DNA of 64,000 nucleotides from Vicinamibacterales bacterium (GCA_963832375.1 CAWHUA010000007.1:37069-101068), one strand, 5' to 3'; counted from the first letter of the stretch, positions 45,965-56,276 are shown. Program-made: numbers and translations. The notes: generated from the sequence alone by a model not told the origin.

Positions 45965-46054
45965 AGAGCGCCGGACGGATCCGGCCCGTCGATTTCGAAT
46001 AGCCAAAACGATTCGAAGGATCTATCGTTCACCGGAACGACCGTCCCAACCTCC

Positions 46055-47215
46055 ATGCCTGAACCCGCTCCCGATTTTTCGCCGCTCACCGTTGAAGGCC
46101 AGATCGTCGAAAGCGCTGCAAAGGGCGATGTCGAGGTACTGAGAAGGCTCCTCGAGGATCATCCAGACAAGCTGGATCTCAAAGTTCCCCCGTATGAGGC
46201 GTCGCTGCTCTTTCCGGCTGCGCAGAGCGGCAGCATCGAGTCAGTCGACTTCCTGCTCGCGCGAGGGCTCGACGTGAACTATCGCGAACGTGGCGACAAC
46301 ACGTACGCGATGCACTGGGTCGCGGCGCAGGGAAACCTCGAGATGGTCCGCAAGCTGGCCGATGCCGGTGGGGACGTGATCGGAGAGGGCGACGACCATG
46401 CCGGGGGTGTGATCGGCTGGGCTTCCTGTTGGGAAGGCTGCAACGACGCTCGGCACCGCGCCGTCGTCGATTTTCTGATCAGCCGCGGGGCGCGCCATCA
46501 CATCTTTTCAGCCGTGGCGCTGGACCTCGCGGACGAGGTGCGACGGATCGTGACGGCCGATCCATCGGCGCTGAACCGGCGCCAGAGCCGCAATGAGAAC
46601 CACCGCACGCCGTTGCAGTTCGCCGTCGCCATGAACCTTTCGCGAATGGTCGAGCTGCTGGTGACGTTGGGTGCCGACCCATTGGCCGTGGACGGCGGCG
46701 GAATGCCCGTGGCCGTTTATGCCGCCGATCCCGAAATCGATCTGCCGGTCATGAAACGCATCCATGAGATGACGCTCGCAGAGATGGACAGCGCCACGCG
46801 TGGGCGCCGGCAACTGAGCGCAGGAATGTTGGATTTGGTCGCCGCGGCGGCGATTCGCGATTGGAATACCGCTTCGACGCTCGCCACGGCACACCCTCAG
46901 TTGATCGACAAGGGTGCGCTTCACCTGTCGGCGAAACGCGGCGACGCGACCGCGGTGAAGTGGTTGCTGGAACAGGGGGCGAACGCGAACGCGCTATGGG
47001 CGCATTGGGACGCGGATGTGACTCCCTTGCACCTCGCGGCCGCGCAGGGGCACACAGAGGTCGTACGACTGCTGCTACACGCCGGGGCCGATCGGCGTAT
47101 CCGCGATACGAAACATGAGGCCGATGCGCTCGGTTGGGCGGAGTACTTCAAGAAACCCGAGATTGTCCAGATGTTAAAAGAGCAAGCGGAAGGGGCGCAG
47201 GGTAGGGTTCGTTAA
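46055..47215 (+). CDS. Ankyrin-repeat protein
   Basis: 386 aa with several ankyrin consensus units (AMHWVAAQGNLEMVRKLADAGGDV; TPLHLAAAQGHTEVVRLLLHAGAD). Confidence 0.75.
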   Translation: MPEPAPDFSPLTVEGQIVESAAKGDVEVLRRLLEDHPDKLDLKVPPYEASLLFPAAQSGSIESVDFLLARGLDVNYRERGDNTYAMHWVAAQGNLEMVRKLADAGGDVIGEGDDHAGGVIGWASCWEGCNDARHRAVVDFLISRGARHHIFSAVALDLADEVRRIVTADPSALNRRQSRNENHRTPLQFAVAMNLSRMVELLVTLGADPLAVDGGGMPVAVYAADPEIDLPVMKRIHEMTLAEMDSATRGRRQLSAGMLDLVAAAAIRDWNTASTLATAHPQLIDKGALHLSAKRGDATAVKWLLEQGANANALWAHWDADVTPLHLAAAQGHTEVVRLLLHAGADRRIRDTKHEADALGWAEYFKKPEIVQMLKEQAEGAQGRVR

Positions 47216-47408
47216 GTTCGTTAAGTTCGTTAAGTTCGTCGGGTTCGTGGGTTCGTCAGGTTCGTGAGGTTCGAGCGCGCTCCGCATTCGTCGCGCGCCG
47301 TGAAACTCGGGCCGTACGAACCCCGAACCGCACGAACCGCGCGAACCCCGCGAACCGCACGAACCGCACGAACCCACGAACCCGACGAACCCCACGTTCG
47401 TGAACCGT
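47207..47408. repeat. Inverted arrays of 9-bp-periodic repeats (GTTCGTNNN)x8 ... (NNNACGAAC)x~9
   Basis: The left array is at 47207-47277 (GTTCGTTAA x3, GTTCGTCGG, GTTCGTGG, GTTCGTCAG, GTTCGTGAG, GTTCGAGCG). The right array is at about 47314-47408 with CGAACC units. It lies between convergent genes and overlaps both stop codons. Confidence 0.85.
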
Positions 47409-48379
47409 CAAGCCGCCCGGCTTTTGTCGTGCGCGATCCTCCATCGACGGCACAGGTCGCCGGCAGCGTCCCGCCAGTGTGGATACGCGAACGTGAAGCC
47501 TTGCTCGAGCAGGCGTGCAGGAACGACCCGCCGGCTCTTCAAGATCAACTCCGTTTCGGTGCGCATGAAGACCGCGCCGATTTCGAGCATCCATCTCGAA
47601 GCGGGCAGGCCGAAGGAAGCCCCCCAGGTGTCGCGCAGCATGCGCATGAACTCGGCGTTCGGCAGGGGATGTGGCGCCGCAACGTTCACGATGCCGTGTA
47701 TGTCGTTCCGATCGATCAGCCATCGGACAGCTGCGACGAAGTCCTCCTCGTGGACCCAGGATACGAACTGATCGCCACGACCGGCAGGTCCCCCAAGGCC
47801 CCGACGAACAAGACCCAGCAGCGTATCGAAGATCCCACCCGGATCCGGGCTCAACGTCAGTGCCGATCGCAGCGCGATCTTGCGCGTGCGGGGTGTCACC
47901 GCCGCGTCGAACTCGCGCTCCCAAGCCCTGGCGACGTCGATGCTGAATCGCCACGTGCCGGGCGCGCGAGGTTCACCGCCCCCGAGTACGCCCGAGTACT
48001 CGTCGTTCGGCGCGTCGAAGCGATGCGCGTAAATTGTGGCGGTGCTGGCTTGAAGCCAGACGGCGGGGGGACGCGCGGCGTCGGCAATCGCTTTCCCCAC
48101 CAGGCGTGTCGCCACGACGCGCGACTGCAGGATCTCCCGTCGATTGGCGGCTGTGTAACGGCAGTTGACGCTGCGGCCCGCAAGATTGATGACGGCATCG
48201 CACCCGTCGAGCTCGCGTTGCCAGTCCCCGCGGCTCGACCCGTCCCACTTGACGACACGCCACGGCCGGGTCTCAGGACGGCGGCTCAATACAACGACGT
48301 CGTCACCGAGGCGATGGAACGCGCGGGCGAGGATCGTTCCCACCTGGCCGGAACCGCCGGGAATGACGACCTTCATCAC
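47408..48379 (-). CDS. YfcH-like (TIGR01777-type) NAD-dependent epimerase/dehydratase family protein
   Basis: 323 aa with the N-terminal Rossmann motif VIPGGSGQVG and a C-terminal DUF1731-like region (ILKSRRVVPARLLEQGFTFAYP). Confidence 0.75.
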   Translation of the reverse strand: MMKVVIPGGSGQVGTILARAFHRLGDDVVVLSRRPETRPWRVVKWDGSSRGDWQRELDGCDAVINLAGRSVNCRYTAANRREILQSRVVATRLVGKAIADAARPPAVWLQASTATIYAHRFDAPNDEYSGVLGGGEPRAPGTWRFSIDVARAWEREFDAAVTPRTRKIALRSALTLSPDPGGIFDTLLGLVRRGLGGPAGRGDQFVSWVHEEDFVAAVRWLIDRNDIHGIVNVAAPHPLPNAEFMRMLRDTWGASFGLPASRWMLEIGAVFMRTETELILKSRRVVPARLLEQGFTFAYPHWRDAAGDLCRRWRIAHDKSRAA

Positions 48380-48387
48380 ACCCTCCT

Positions 48388-48837
48388 TCAGTCAATGAAC
48401 CGGTCACGGTGTTCCGGCCGCGGCAGCACGCAGTGATCGTACCGGCCGAACACACGATACCGGGAGCGCGCGACGATGTCGTACACCCGGTCCCTGATCG
48501 CGCGAGGACAGATTCTGGCGATCAGCAGGGCCTTCCAGGGCCACCCGAGCTCGTGGAGTACGAACAGCGCGGCGTCGCCCTTCGCGTAAAAGTGCGCGCC
48601 TGAGGTCCTGAAGTTCGCGACGACATAGAACGTTGTCAGGTCTTCAGGACTGCCTCCATACCGCGCCACCATCGCCTGCCCGGTGGCGCTTTGCAGCGAG
48701 GCGAACTGGAACCGGGCGCGTCGATCCCGTTCGAGCACGAACTGCACCGACCGATTGCAGAGCCTGCAAACGCCGTCGTACAGGACGAGGTGCGCTGCCT
48801 GATGTTCCGATGGCCCTTGCGCGGGCACCTGAGTCAT
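48388..48837 (-). CDS. DCC-family thiol-disulfide oxidoreductase (DUF393)
   Basis: 149 aa with the motif VLYDGVCRLCN. Confidence 0.75.
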   Translation of the reverse strand: MTQVPAQGPSEHQAAHLVLYDGVCRLCNRSVQFVLERDRRARFQFASLQSATGQAMVARYGGSPEDLTTFYVVANFRTSGAHFYAKGDAALFVLHELGWPWKALLIARICPRAIRDRVYDIVARSRYRVFGRYDHCVLPRPEHRDRFID

Positions 48838-48849
48838 GCTCTAATATTA

Positions 48850-49563
48850 ATGAACATGTTTACTGAAAATGTCAAGCGACGAAAGCGGGGCCGGCCGCCA
48901 GGCCAGACCGCACAGGGAGCAGCGGCGAAAGAGCGTTTGTATGCCATCGCCCTGCGCCTTGTCGCCGAACGCGGCTACGACGCCACGACCTTGCGCGATA
49001 TCGCTCGAGAGGCAGATGTCAGTGTTGGACTGCTGTACCGCTACTTCCCAAGCAAGCAGGCCGTCGTTCTCGCGCTGTACGACGAGTTGTCGATGGAGTA
49101 CGGCCGCAGGGCAGAACAGATGCCTCGAGGGAAATGGCGCGACCGGTTCCTGTTTGCGCTGAAGACGAGCCTGTCGGTGCTCGAGCCGCACCAGATGGCG
49201 TTGCGTGCGTTGACGCCCGTTCTGGTTGGCGATCCCGAAGAGGGAATCTTCGCTCCCGGTACGGCATTCTCGCGTCTTCGCGTCCAGCACGTGTTCGAGC
49301 GCGCCGTCAACGAGGCTACCGATGCGCCGAGGCAGCCGCTCGCGCAGGCGCTCGGACGGCTGCTCTACCTCGTACATCTGGCGGTGCTGCTGTGGTGGTT
49401 GCTGGACAAGAGCGCTCACCAGCGCGCCACGTCATCACTTGTTTCGCTTACCCAGCAACTGCTGCCGTCCGCGGCCTTGGCGCTTCGCGTTCCGCCGGTG
49501 CGAGGGTTTGTCATCTCGTTCGATGGGCTGATCCGTCAAGCGCTGTTCTCTAACCCACTGTGA
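48850..49563 (+). CDS. TetR/AcrR-family transcriptional regulator
   Basis: Starts at ATG 48850 with the HTH block YDATTLRDIAREADVSVGLLYRYFPSKQ. Confidence 0.8.
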   Translation: MNMFTENVKRRKRGRPPGQTAQGAAAKERLYAIALRLVAERGYDATTLRDIAREADVSVGLLYRYFPSKQAVVLALYDELSMEYGRRAEQMPRGKWRDRFLFALKTSLSVLEPHQMALRALTPVLVGDPEEGIFAPGTAFSRLRVQHVFERAVNEATDAPRQPLAQALGRLLYLVHLAVLLWWLLDKSAHQRATSSLVSLTQQLLPSAALALRVPPVRGFVISFDGLIRQALFSNPL

Positions 49564-49570
49564 GGGACTC

Positions 49571-50161
49571 ATGTTTCTGGCCCGCCGTCCATCGCCGCTG
49601 GCCATCGATCGTTTCCTGCAGGATTCGCACGATCTCCCAATGTCATATGGGCCGGTCGGGCTCCTCAAGGACGTCTGCCCGGACCGCCGCGTAGACGAGG
49701 AGGTGGTGGCGATTGGTCACGGCCGCGAAGACTTCGAGCGGGCGCGGGCGGCCCTCATGGCGTGGAAGCAATGCGACATCGGCTGGCTGCAGGTGTTTCC
49801 GCAGCGCACGCCGGTCGCCGTCGGGACGATCGTGGCCGTGCTCATCCGGCACCTCGGTTTCTGGTCGCTGAATGGCTGCCGGGTCGTCTACGAACTGGAC
49901 GGTGCTCGCGACACTCGATTCGGTTACGCCCATGGCACGCTCATCAACCACGCCGAGGCAGGTGAGGAGATTTTTGAGGTCTTCGTTGATGCCGGGACCG
50001 GCAACGTGATGTATCGCATTCGCGCGGTATCGTGGGGGCGGGCGACCCTCGCCAGGCTCGGCCTGCCGGTCGTGCGTCTGCTCCAGGCGCGGTTTCGGCG
50101 CGACTCCGTCGAGGCGATGAGGCGTGCGGTGCGCCTCCGGAACCGACACGAGACTCCGTAG
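49571..50161 (+). CDS. DUF1990-like protein
   Basis: 196 aa. The pattern FGYAHGTLINHAEAGEEIFEV resembles the DUF1990 core. It lies 7 nt after the TetR gene. Confidence 0.55.
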   Translation: MFLARRPSPLAIDRFLQDSHDLPMSYGPVGLLKDVCPDRRVDEEVVAIGHGREDFERARAALMAWKQCDIGWLQVFPQRTPVAVGTIVAVLIRHLGFWSLNGCRVVYELDGARDTRFGYAHGTLINHAEAGEEIFEVFVDAGTGNVMYRIRAVSWGRATLARLGLPVVRLLQARFRRDSVEAMRRAVRLRNRHETP

Positions 50162-50305
50162 GGATGGAGTCAGGGCCGACCCCTCCATTTCTCACACTCT
50201 CGGCTGAATCGCGCCGAAGTCTTTGAATCCCAACACTTCCAGCACGACGCCCTGTCGCAGGCCGGCAAGGTACGCGGTCTGCTTGCGTGTGCGGGAAACG
50301 GACCC

Positions 50306-50734
50306 ATGCTCATCCGCCTCCTCGTCGCCTGCTCGCTCATGGCGCTGTGCGTCATCATCCACGCCGCCGGTGTCACCTGGGCGCTCCGGAAACTACGCGG
50401 GACCGCCATGCGGGCCCAGGGGTTCTGGCCCAGCACGAGGCTGTTCATTCTCGTCGCGGTGTGGATGGTGCTGCTGCACATCGTTGAGGTCGCCGTCTGG
50501 GCGGTGGCCTATGTCTGGCAGGGCGCGATGCCCGATATGAGCACGGCGCTGTATTTCAGCGCCGTCACCTACACGACCACCGGCTACGGTGATGTCGTGC
50601 TGCCCGAGCCATGGCGGCTCGACGGGGGAGTCGAGGCGCTGACCGGCATCCTCATGTGTGGATGGTCGACCGGATTCTTTTTTGCGATCGTCAACCGCCT
50701 CTACGCCTCGCAGAGCGCGAGAACGGACTCCTGA
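50306..50734 (+). CDS. Minimal 2-TM potassium channel
   Basis: 142 aa with the selectivity filter TTTGYGD between two TM helices. Confidence 0.8.
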   Translation: MLIRLLVACSLMALCVIIHAAGVTWALRKLRGTAMRAQGFWPSTRLFILVAVWMVLLHIVEVAVWAVAYVWQGAMPDMSTALYFSAVTYTTTGYGDVVLPEPWRLDGGVEALTGILMCGWSTGFFFAIVNRLYASQSARTDS

Positions 50735-50735
50735 C

Positions 50736-51830
50736 ATGCCTGCGTCCTTCAAGCCGTCGATGAACTGGCTGCTGGCATTTGTGCCGATCTCGATCGCGCT
50801 CGAACGGGCGCATGCGCCGGCACCTGTGCTGTTTTTCTCGGCGGCGGTGGCGATTCTGCCGATTGCGCGGCTCATCGTGCTCTCGACCGAACAGATCGCC
50901 ACGCGTACGGGTGACGCGATTGGTGGTCTGCTCAACGCCACTTTTGGTAATGCGCCCGAGCTCATCATCGCGATGGTGGCGCTCAGGGCCGGATACTTCG
51001 ACATGGTTCGCGCCTCGATCATCGGCGCGATTCTCGCCAACCTGATGCTGGCCACGGGCGTGGCGTTTTTTCTCGGCGGGCTGCGCTATCACACGCAGGA
51101 TTACAACGCAGCCGCAGCACGCCTCTACAGCTCGATGATGTTGATCTCGGCGGTGTGCCTTGGCGTGCCGAGCGCGTTCAATCGCTTCTTCTCGCCGGAA
51201 GGCACCATTCAGGTGGAAAAGCTCGTGAACCTCGGCACGGCATTCGTGCTGCTCGCCGCCTACGGTTTGTATCTCGTGTTCCTCCTCAAGACGCACCCGG
51301 ACTACTTCGAGAGCGCCACGGTGACCGAAGCGGAGCACGGCCACCACGGGCCGCAGTGGAGCGTCGGCCGGGCCGTCGGCAGCCTGATCGGCGCGTCCGT
51401 GCTGGCGGCGTTCGTGAGCGAAATTCTCGTCGGCGCCGCCGAGGGCACGGGTACGGCGCTCGGCATGTCCGAGGTATTCATCGGGATCGTCTTTCTGGCG
51501 GTCATCGGCGGCGCCGCCGAGAGCGGGTCGGCGATCGCGATGGCCCGCAAGAACAGGCTGGATCTCACCATCGGCATTGCGATGGGCAGCAGTATTCAGA
51601 TTGCCTTGTTCGTGGCGCCGGTCCTGGTGCTCGTCAGCGGGTTCGTCGCTCCGCAGCCGTTGGAGCTCTCGTTCAGCCGGGCGGAGCTTGGAACGCTCTT
51701 CCTCAGCGTGCTGGTTGGGGCCTTTGTGGCCGGCGACGGCCGCTCGAACTGGTACAAGGGTGTTCAGCTCATGCTCGTGTACGTGATGATCGCCATCCTC
51801 TTTTACTTCCTTCCGGACGCCCCGCGCTAG
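50736..51830 (+). CDS. cax: Ca2+/H+ antiporter (CaCA/CAX family)
   Basis: Starts at ATG 50736. The alpha-repeat GNAPE (LNATFGNAPELII) is followed by a second repeat (GGAAESGSAI). The protein is multi-TM. Confidence 0.8.
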   Translation: MPASFKPSMNWLLAFVPISIALERAHAPAPVLFFSAAVAILPIARLIVLSTEQIATRTGDAIGGLLNATFGNAPELIIAMVALRAGYFDMVRASIIGAILANLMLATGVAFFLGGLRYHTQDYNAAAARLYSSMMLISAVCLGVPSAFNRFFSPEGTIQVEKLVNLGTAFVLLAAYGLYLVFLLKTHPDYFESATVTEAEHGHHGPQWSVGRAVGSLIGASVLAAFVSEILVGAAEGTGTALGMSEVFIGIVFLAVIGGAAESGSAIAMARKNRLDLTIGIAMGSSIQIALFVAPVLVLVSGFVAPQPLELSFSRAELGTLFLSVLVGAFVAGDGRSNWYKGVQLMLVYVMIAILFYFLPDAPR

Positions 51831-52009
51831 TCAAAAGACCGTGCAACTGTCCTGTCCAATTTGTTGGAGTTTTCCAGAGTTCTCGACTGCACAATTCAGT
51901 TGCTTTCCGGAACAGTTGTTCTAGGATGCTCGGCACACCATAAGCGGCGGTCGCACCCCCACGCGAGACTAGAACTTCCATTGGCGCTTCGGTATTCAAG
52001 GAGGCGAGT

Positions 52010-55000
52010 ATGGTCTATCTCCGATTTCTGGGCATCTCACTCACAATCCTTCTCACTCTCAGTACGGTCGCATTCGCGCAGGGCACGGCCGATATCGTCG
52101 GCCGCGTCACCGACGCGAGTGGCGCCGTGCTGCCAGCGGTGACGGTGACCGCGGAGAACATCGCGACCAAGAACGTCCGCACGACCATCACCAGCGACAC
52201 GGGTGACTACGTGTTCACCCTGCTGCCGATCGGCGCCTACACGGTGAAGATCGAGTTGTCGGGGTTCCAGACGGTCAACGTCCGAAGTCGAGCTGGCGAC
52301 CGGCGACCGCGCGCGCGTCGATGCCCGGATGGAGCTCGGGACGGTCTCGGAGAACCTGATCGTCACCGGCGAGTCGCCGCTGCTGCAGACCGACTCGGCG
52401 ACGGTCAGCACGCTGATCGATCAGAAAACGGTGCAGGATGCGCCGATTCCCGGGCGCAACATCATCCGCATGGTGCAGCTGGTCCCGGGGCCAACGAAGG
52501 CGCGCTCAGCTCCCTGGCCAACGGCACGCGTCCTGACGAGCGCCGGCAGACCTCGTCGGTGTCGATCAACGGCGTCAACGACGTGCTGAACAATCAGCTC
52601 GTCGATGGCATGGACAACAACGAACGCTCGATCGGGACGGTCGCGATCAAGCCGTCGATTGACGCGATTGCGGAAGTGCGCGTCCAGACCAACATGTACA
52701 CGGCCGAGACCGGCCGCACGCTGGGCGGCGTGATCAACATCATCACGAAGTCGGGCGGCAACCAGTTTCACGGATCCGGGTTCGAGTTCGCCCGCCACGA
52801 AAAATTCGACTCCCGCCAGTTCTTTGCGCAGGGCAAGCCGGAGAATCGGCAGAACCAGTTTGGCGGCAGCCTGGGCGGACCGCTGCGCCGGGATCGGACG
52901 TTCTTCTTCGTCGACTACGAGGGGTACCGGATCAAGCAGGGTGTGCCGACCGTGGTGACCGTGCCCACGGCCAGGATGCGCGACCGGCGACTTCTCGGAG
53001 CTGTCCACGCAGATTTATGACGCGCAGAACGGGCGGACGCCCTTTGCGGGCAACGTGATCCCGGCCGGCCGCTTCGACCCGATCGCGGTCAAGTACATGC
53101 AGCTCTATCCGGCGCCGAACGGCCCCGGGCTGGCGAACAACTTCTCGTATACGAACAACCGCACGCAGGACAACGATGCGACCGACGTCCGCATCGACCA
53201 CCAGTTCGACGAACAGAACACCGTGTTCGCCCGGTATTCGTACAACAAGACCGACACGCTGACGCCGAGCCTGTGCCCGCCGACCCTGGTCGGGGGCAAG
53301 AGCGTCGACCCGACGTGTATTGTCGGCGGCGCGGCCACGGGCAACTATGCCGGCCCGAACTACACGACGGCGCACAACGTGATCGGCAACTACGTCCGCG
53401 TCCTGAACGCCACGACGATCATGGAAGTGAAGGGCAGCTACTCGAAGCCCGACATCCTGTCGCTGGGGCCGAACAACAACTCGAACTACGGCGATTTGTT
53501 CGGCGTGCCCAATGCGAACACGGGCGCTCAGGAAACCAGCGGCTTGCCGTTGATGGAAATGCGGCCGACGACGATTGCCGCGCTGGGCGAGACGCAGTGG
53601 GTGCCGCTGCAGATTTACAACCGGACGAAACAGTTTGCCGGCTCCTTCAGCAACACGCGCGGCGCCCACAACCTGCGCGTCGGCGCCGGCGTCGTGATGC
53701 GGAGCTTCGGCGTGCTGCAGTCGAATTCGGCCCAGGGTCTCTGGGGCTTCGACTCGACGCCGACCAACAGCGGCGCCACGGGCCTCGGGGGCAACGCGTT
53801 TGCGTCGTTCCTGCTCGGCTTCCCGACCGACGTGCGCCGGCTGTACACGCCGGGCATGCCCCATTACCACACCAATGAGCCCAGCGTGTTCTTCCAGGAC
53901 GACTGGCGCGCGAAATCGTGGCTGACGGTCAATCTGGGGCTCCGCTACGACGTCTTTACGCCGCTCACCGAAGAGGATAACCACCTGTCGAACTTCGTGC
54001 CCTCGCTGGGCAAACTGCTCGTCGCCGGCGAGAACGGCGTGGGCCGGACCGCTGGCGTCAACACGGACTATTCGAACATCGGACCCCGGATCGGATTTTC
54101 GGCGTCGCTGCCGCACCAGATGGTCCTGCGCGGCGGGTATGGGCCTCGCCTACTATCCGAACAACAAGAACGCCGGCGCGTTCATGAAGAACCCGCCGTT
54201 CACGGCGAACTACGGCCCGAACACGAGCCTGGCCGCAGTCGGGAGGCGTGCCCAACCTCTTGCTCAAGGACGGGCTGCCGACGGTCGTGTTTGCGAATCC
54301 CAGTCAGCCGACCGGAAACGTCATCGGCACCGACATCAACTTCAAGTCCGATCGCGCGCAGCAGTTCAACCTGATGCTCGAGAAAGAGTTCTCGGGCAAC
54401 GTCGTCACGGTCGGTTACGTGGGCTCACGCGGCGATCGGCTGCAGCTCGGCGTGGCGATGAACTACAACCTCGCGCCGGCCGGGGCCGGCGGGGTGAATC
54501 AACGGCGGCCGTATTTCTCTCAGTACCCGCAGATGGCGAATGTGAACATCCTGTCGAACGTCGGCAAGTCGACGTACAACGCCTGGCAGTTCGTCTTCAA
54601 CCGCCGCTACCGCGACGGCCTGACGATGACCACTCACTACACCTGGTCGCATTCGCAGCAGTACACGCCGGTCCCCTGGGACTTCAGCAAGTTCGAGTGG
54701 GGCGACACGCAGCAGTTCGACGTCCGGCACCGCTTTGTGGCGACCGCGAGCTATGAGTTGCCGTGGGGCAAGTCGCTGACAGGTGTCGCGCACGGATTCC
54801 TGTCGGCCTGGCAGGTCAACCTCACCGGCTACCTGCAATCGGGCGTCGCGTACACCGTCGTCAATGCGACGTCGCGGACCAACACCGGCAACAACGCCGG
54901 GACGCTGAACGGGGGCGACCGTCCGAACGTCAACGGCAACCCGAACCTGCCCTCGAGCGAGCGGACGGTGCAGCGCTGGTTCGACACGAGCGTCTTCTCG

Positions 55001-55267
55001 GCGGCGGATAACTTTACGTCGGGCAACGTGGGGCTGTCGCTGATGCATGGACCCTCGCAGCGACGGCTGGACTTCTCGATCTTCAAGGATCTGTCGCTGG
55101 GCGCGAACCGCCGGCTGCAGCTCCGAATCGAGACCTACAACATCACGAATACACCGAGCTTCTATCTGCCCGACTTCAACTTCGGGAGCGCCGGGTTCGG
55201 CAGTATTTCGAGCACCGGAAACTCAATCCCGCGACAGATGCAGTTTGGTGTGAAGTACCTCTTCTAG
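52010..55267 (+). pseudogene. TonB-dependent receptor with CarboxypepD_reg-like domain, five frame breaks
   Basis: A continuous protein is recoverable only by switching frames near 52283, 52490, 52982, 54141 and 54241 (..GFQTVNV / EVELATGDRARVD..LVPG / ANEGALSSL..PTARMR / TGDFSEL..RGGYG / LAYYPNN..SLAAV / GGVPNLLLKDG..). It ends in the aromatic KYLF. Confidence 0.75.
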
Positions 55268-55282
55268 CATCCGGGGGCGTTA

Positions 55283-55372
55283 GAGCGTTTTCAGCGGTAC
55301 GTAGTGTCCGTTCAGGCGGACCGTGAGGGTCCGGCTGAAGCCGGACACTGACGTACTACACGAAGCGTGATT
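55283..55372. repeat. REP-like nested palindrome, family GTACGTAGTGTCCG...CGGACACTGACGTAC
   Basis: GTACGTAGTGTCCG (55297-55310) pairs with CGGACACTGACGTAC (55342-55356), and an inner CGGACC/GGTCCG pair is present. It lies between convergent genes. Confidence 0.8.
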
Positions 55373-55373
55373 C

Positions 55374-56276
55374 TCAGAAGGTGTAGCTGGCGACAACCAC
55401 CGTCACGTTGTCCCTGCCGCCTGCCGCCAGCGCGAGATCGACGAGTCGGCGGCACGCTTCGGCCGATTCACGGGACTCGGTCAGCACCTGGCAAATTTCC
55501 CCATCATCGACCATATCCGTGAGGCCGTCGCTGCACAGGAGCAGCCGATCCCCGGTTGTCAACCTCAGCCGATCGACGTCGACCTCCACGTCCTCGTTGG
55601 AGCCTCCAAGCGCATTGACGAGGAGATGACGCGCCCCGAAGCTCGCCGCCTCTTCCTCAGAAAGCTGACCGTTGTCGACGAGCAGCTGCACGTAGGTGTG
55701 GTCTCGCGTCAGGCGATAGAGGCGGGCGTCGCGAAACAGGTAGGCCCGTGTGTCGCCCACGTGGACGATCTGAAGCTGGCGGCCCATGCTGCGGGCCGCC
55801 GTCAGCGTGGTTCCCATGCCACGGACACTCGGATCCTGACGTCCATGTTCGATGAGCAGCGTGTTGAGGTGTCGAAACCGCTGCTTCGATCGCTTCTTCG
55901 CCTGGCTGGAGACGGTTTCGTCCAGGCGGAAGATCCAGTCCGGCATGGCGAGCGCCAGCTTCACGAGCCCGCTGATCGCCATTCGGCTCGCGAGCTCGCC
56001 GCCTGCGTGGCCGCCCATGCCGTCGGCGACGATCATGGCGTAGCCGGCTTCCTCGGCCCGGTCCGGTACTTCCCCGGGTGGGAGCGTCGTGAGGACTGTT
56101 TCGAGGAAGCGCCCGATCCGGTTGACGATGAAGTGGTCTTCATTGCGGGCGCGGACCTTGCCCGGGTGAGACAGCCCGCTCACATCGACGTGCCCGCACG
56201 AGCCGAACGGCGGAGCGGTGTCGTCCAGGATAGCCGTCGTGTTTTGGAGAACGTGACGCCGGTCTTGAGTGACCAT
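55374..56276 (-). CDS. PP2C-family Ser/Thr phosphatase
   Basis: 300 aa with RARNEDHF, VADGMGGHAGGE, LLCSDGLTD and GGRDNVTVVV. Confidence 0.85.
   Translation of the reverse strand: MVTQDRRHVLQNTTAILDDTAPPFGSCGHVDVSGLSHPGKVRARNEDHFIVNRIGRFLETVLTTLPPGEVPDRAEEAGYAMIVADGMGGHAGGELASRMAISGLVKLALAMPDWIFRLDETVSSQAKKRSKQRFRHLNTLLIEHGRQDPSVRGMGTTLTAARSMGRQLQIVHVGDTRAYLFRDARLYRLTRDHTYVQLLVDNGQLSEEEAASFGARHLLVNALGGSNEDVEVDVDRLRLTTGDRLLLCSDGLTDMVDDGEICQVLTESRESAEACRRLVDLALAAGGRDNVTVVVASYTF

Noticed and set aside
47174-47395. ORFs across the 9-bp repeat region (for example ..GFVGFVGSCGSCGSRGSRG.. and ..PTNPTNLTNLTNLTN..).
   Set aside because: The peptide periodicity is a direct consequence of the DNA repeat, and ORFs overlap on both strands.
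47207-47408. Repeat array considered as a CRISPR locus.
   Set aside because: The units are 8-9 bp with no unique spacers, are arranged as two opposed arrays, and no cas genes are present.
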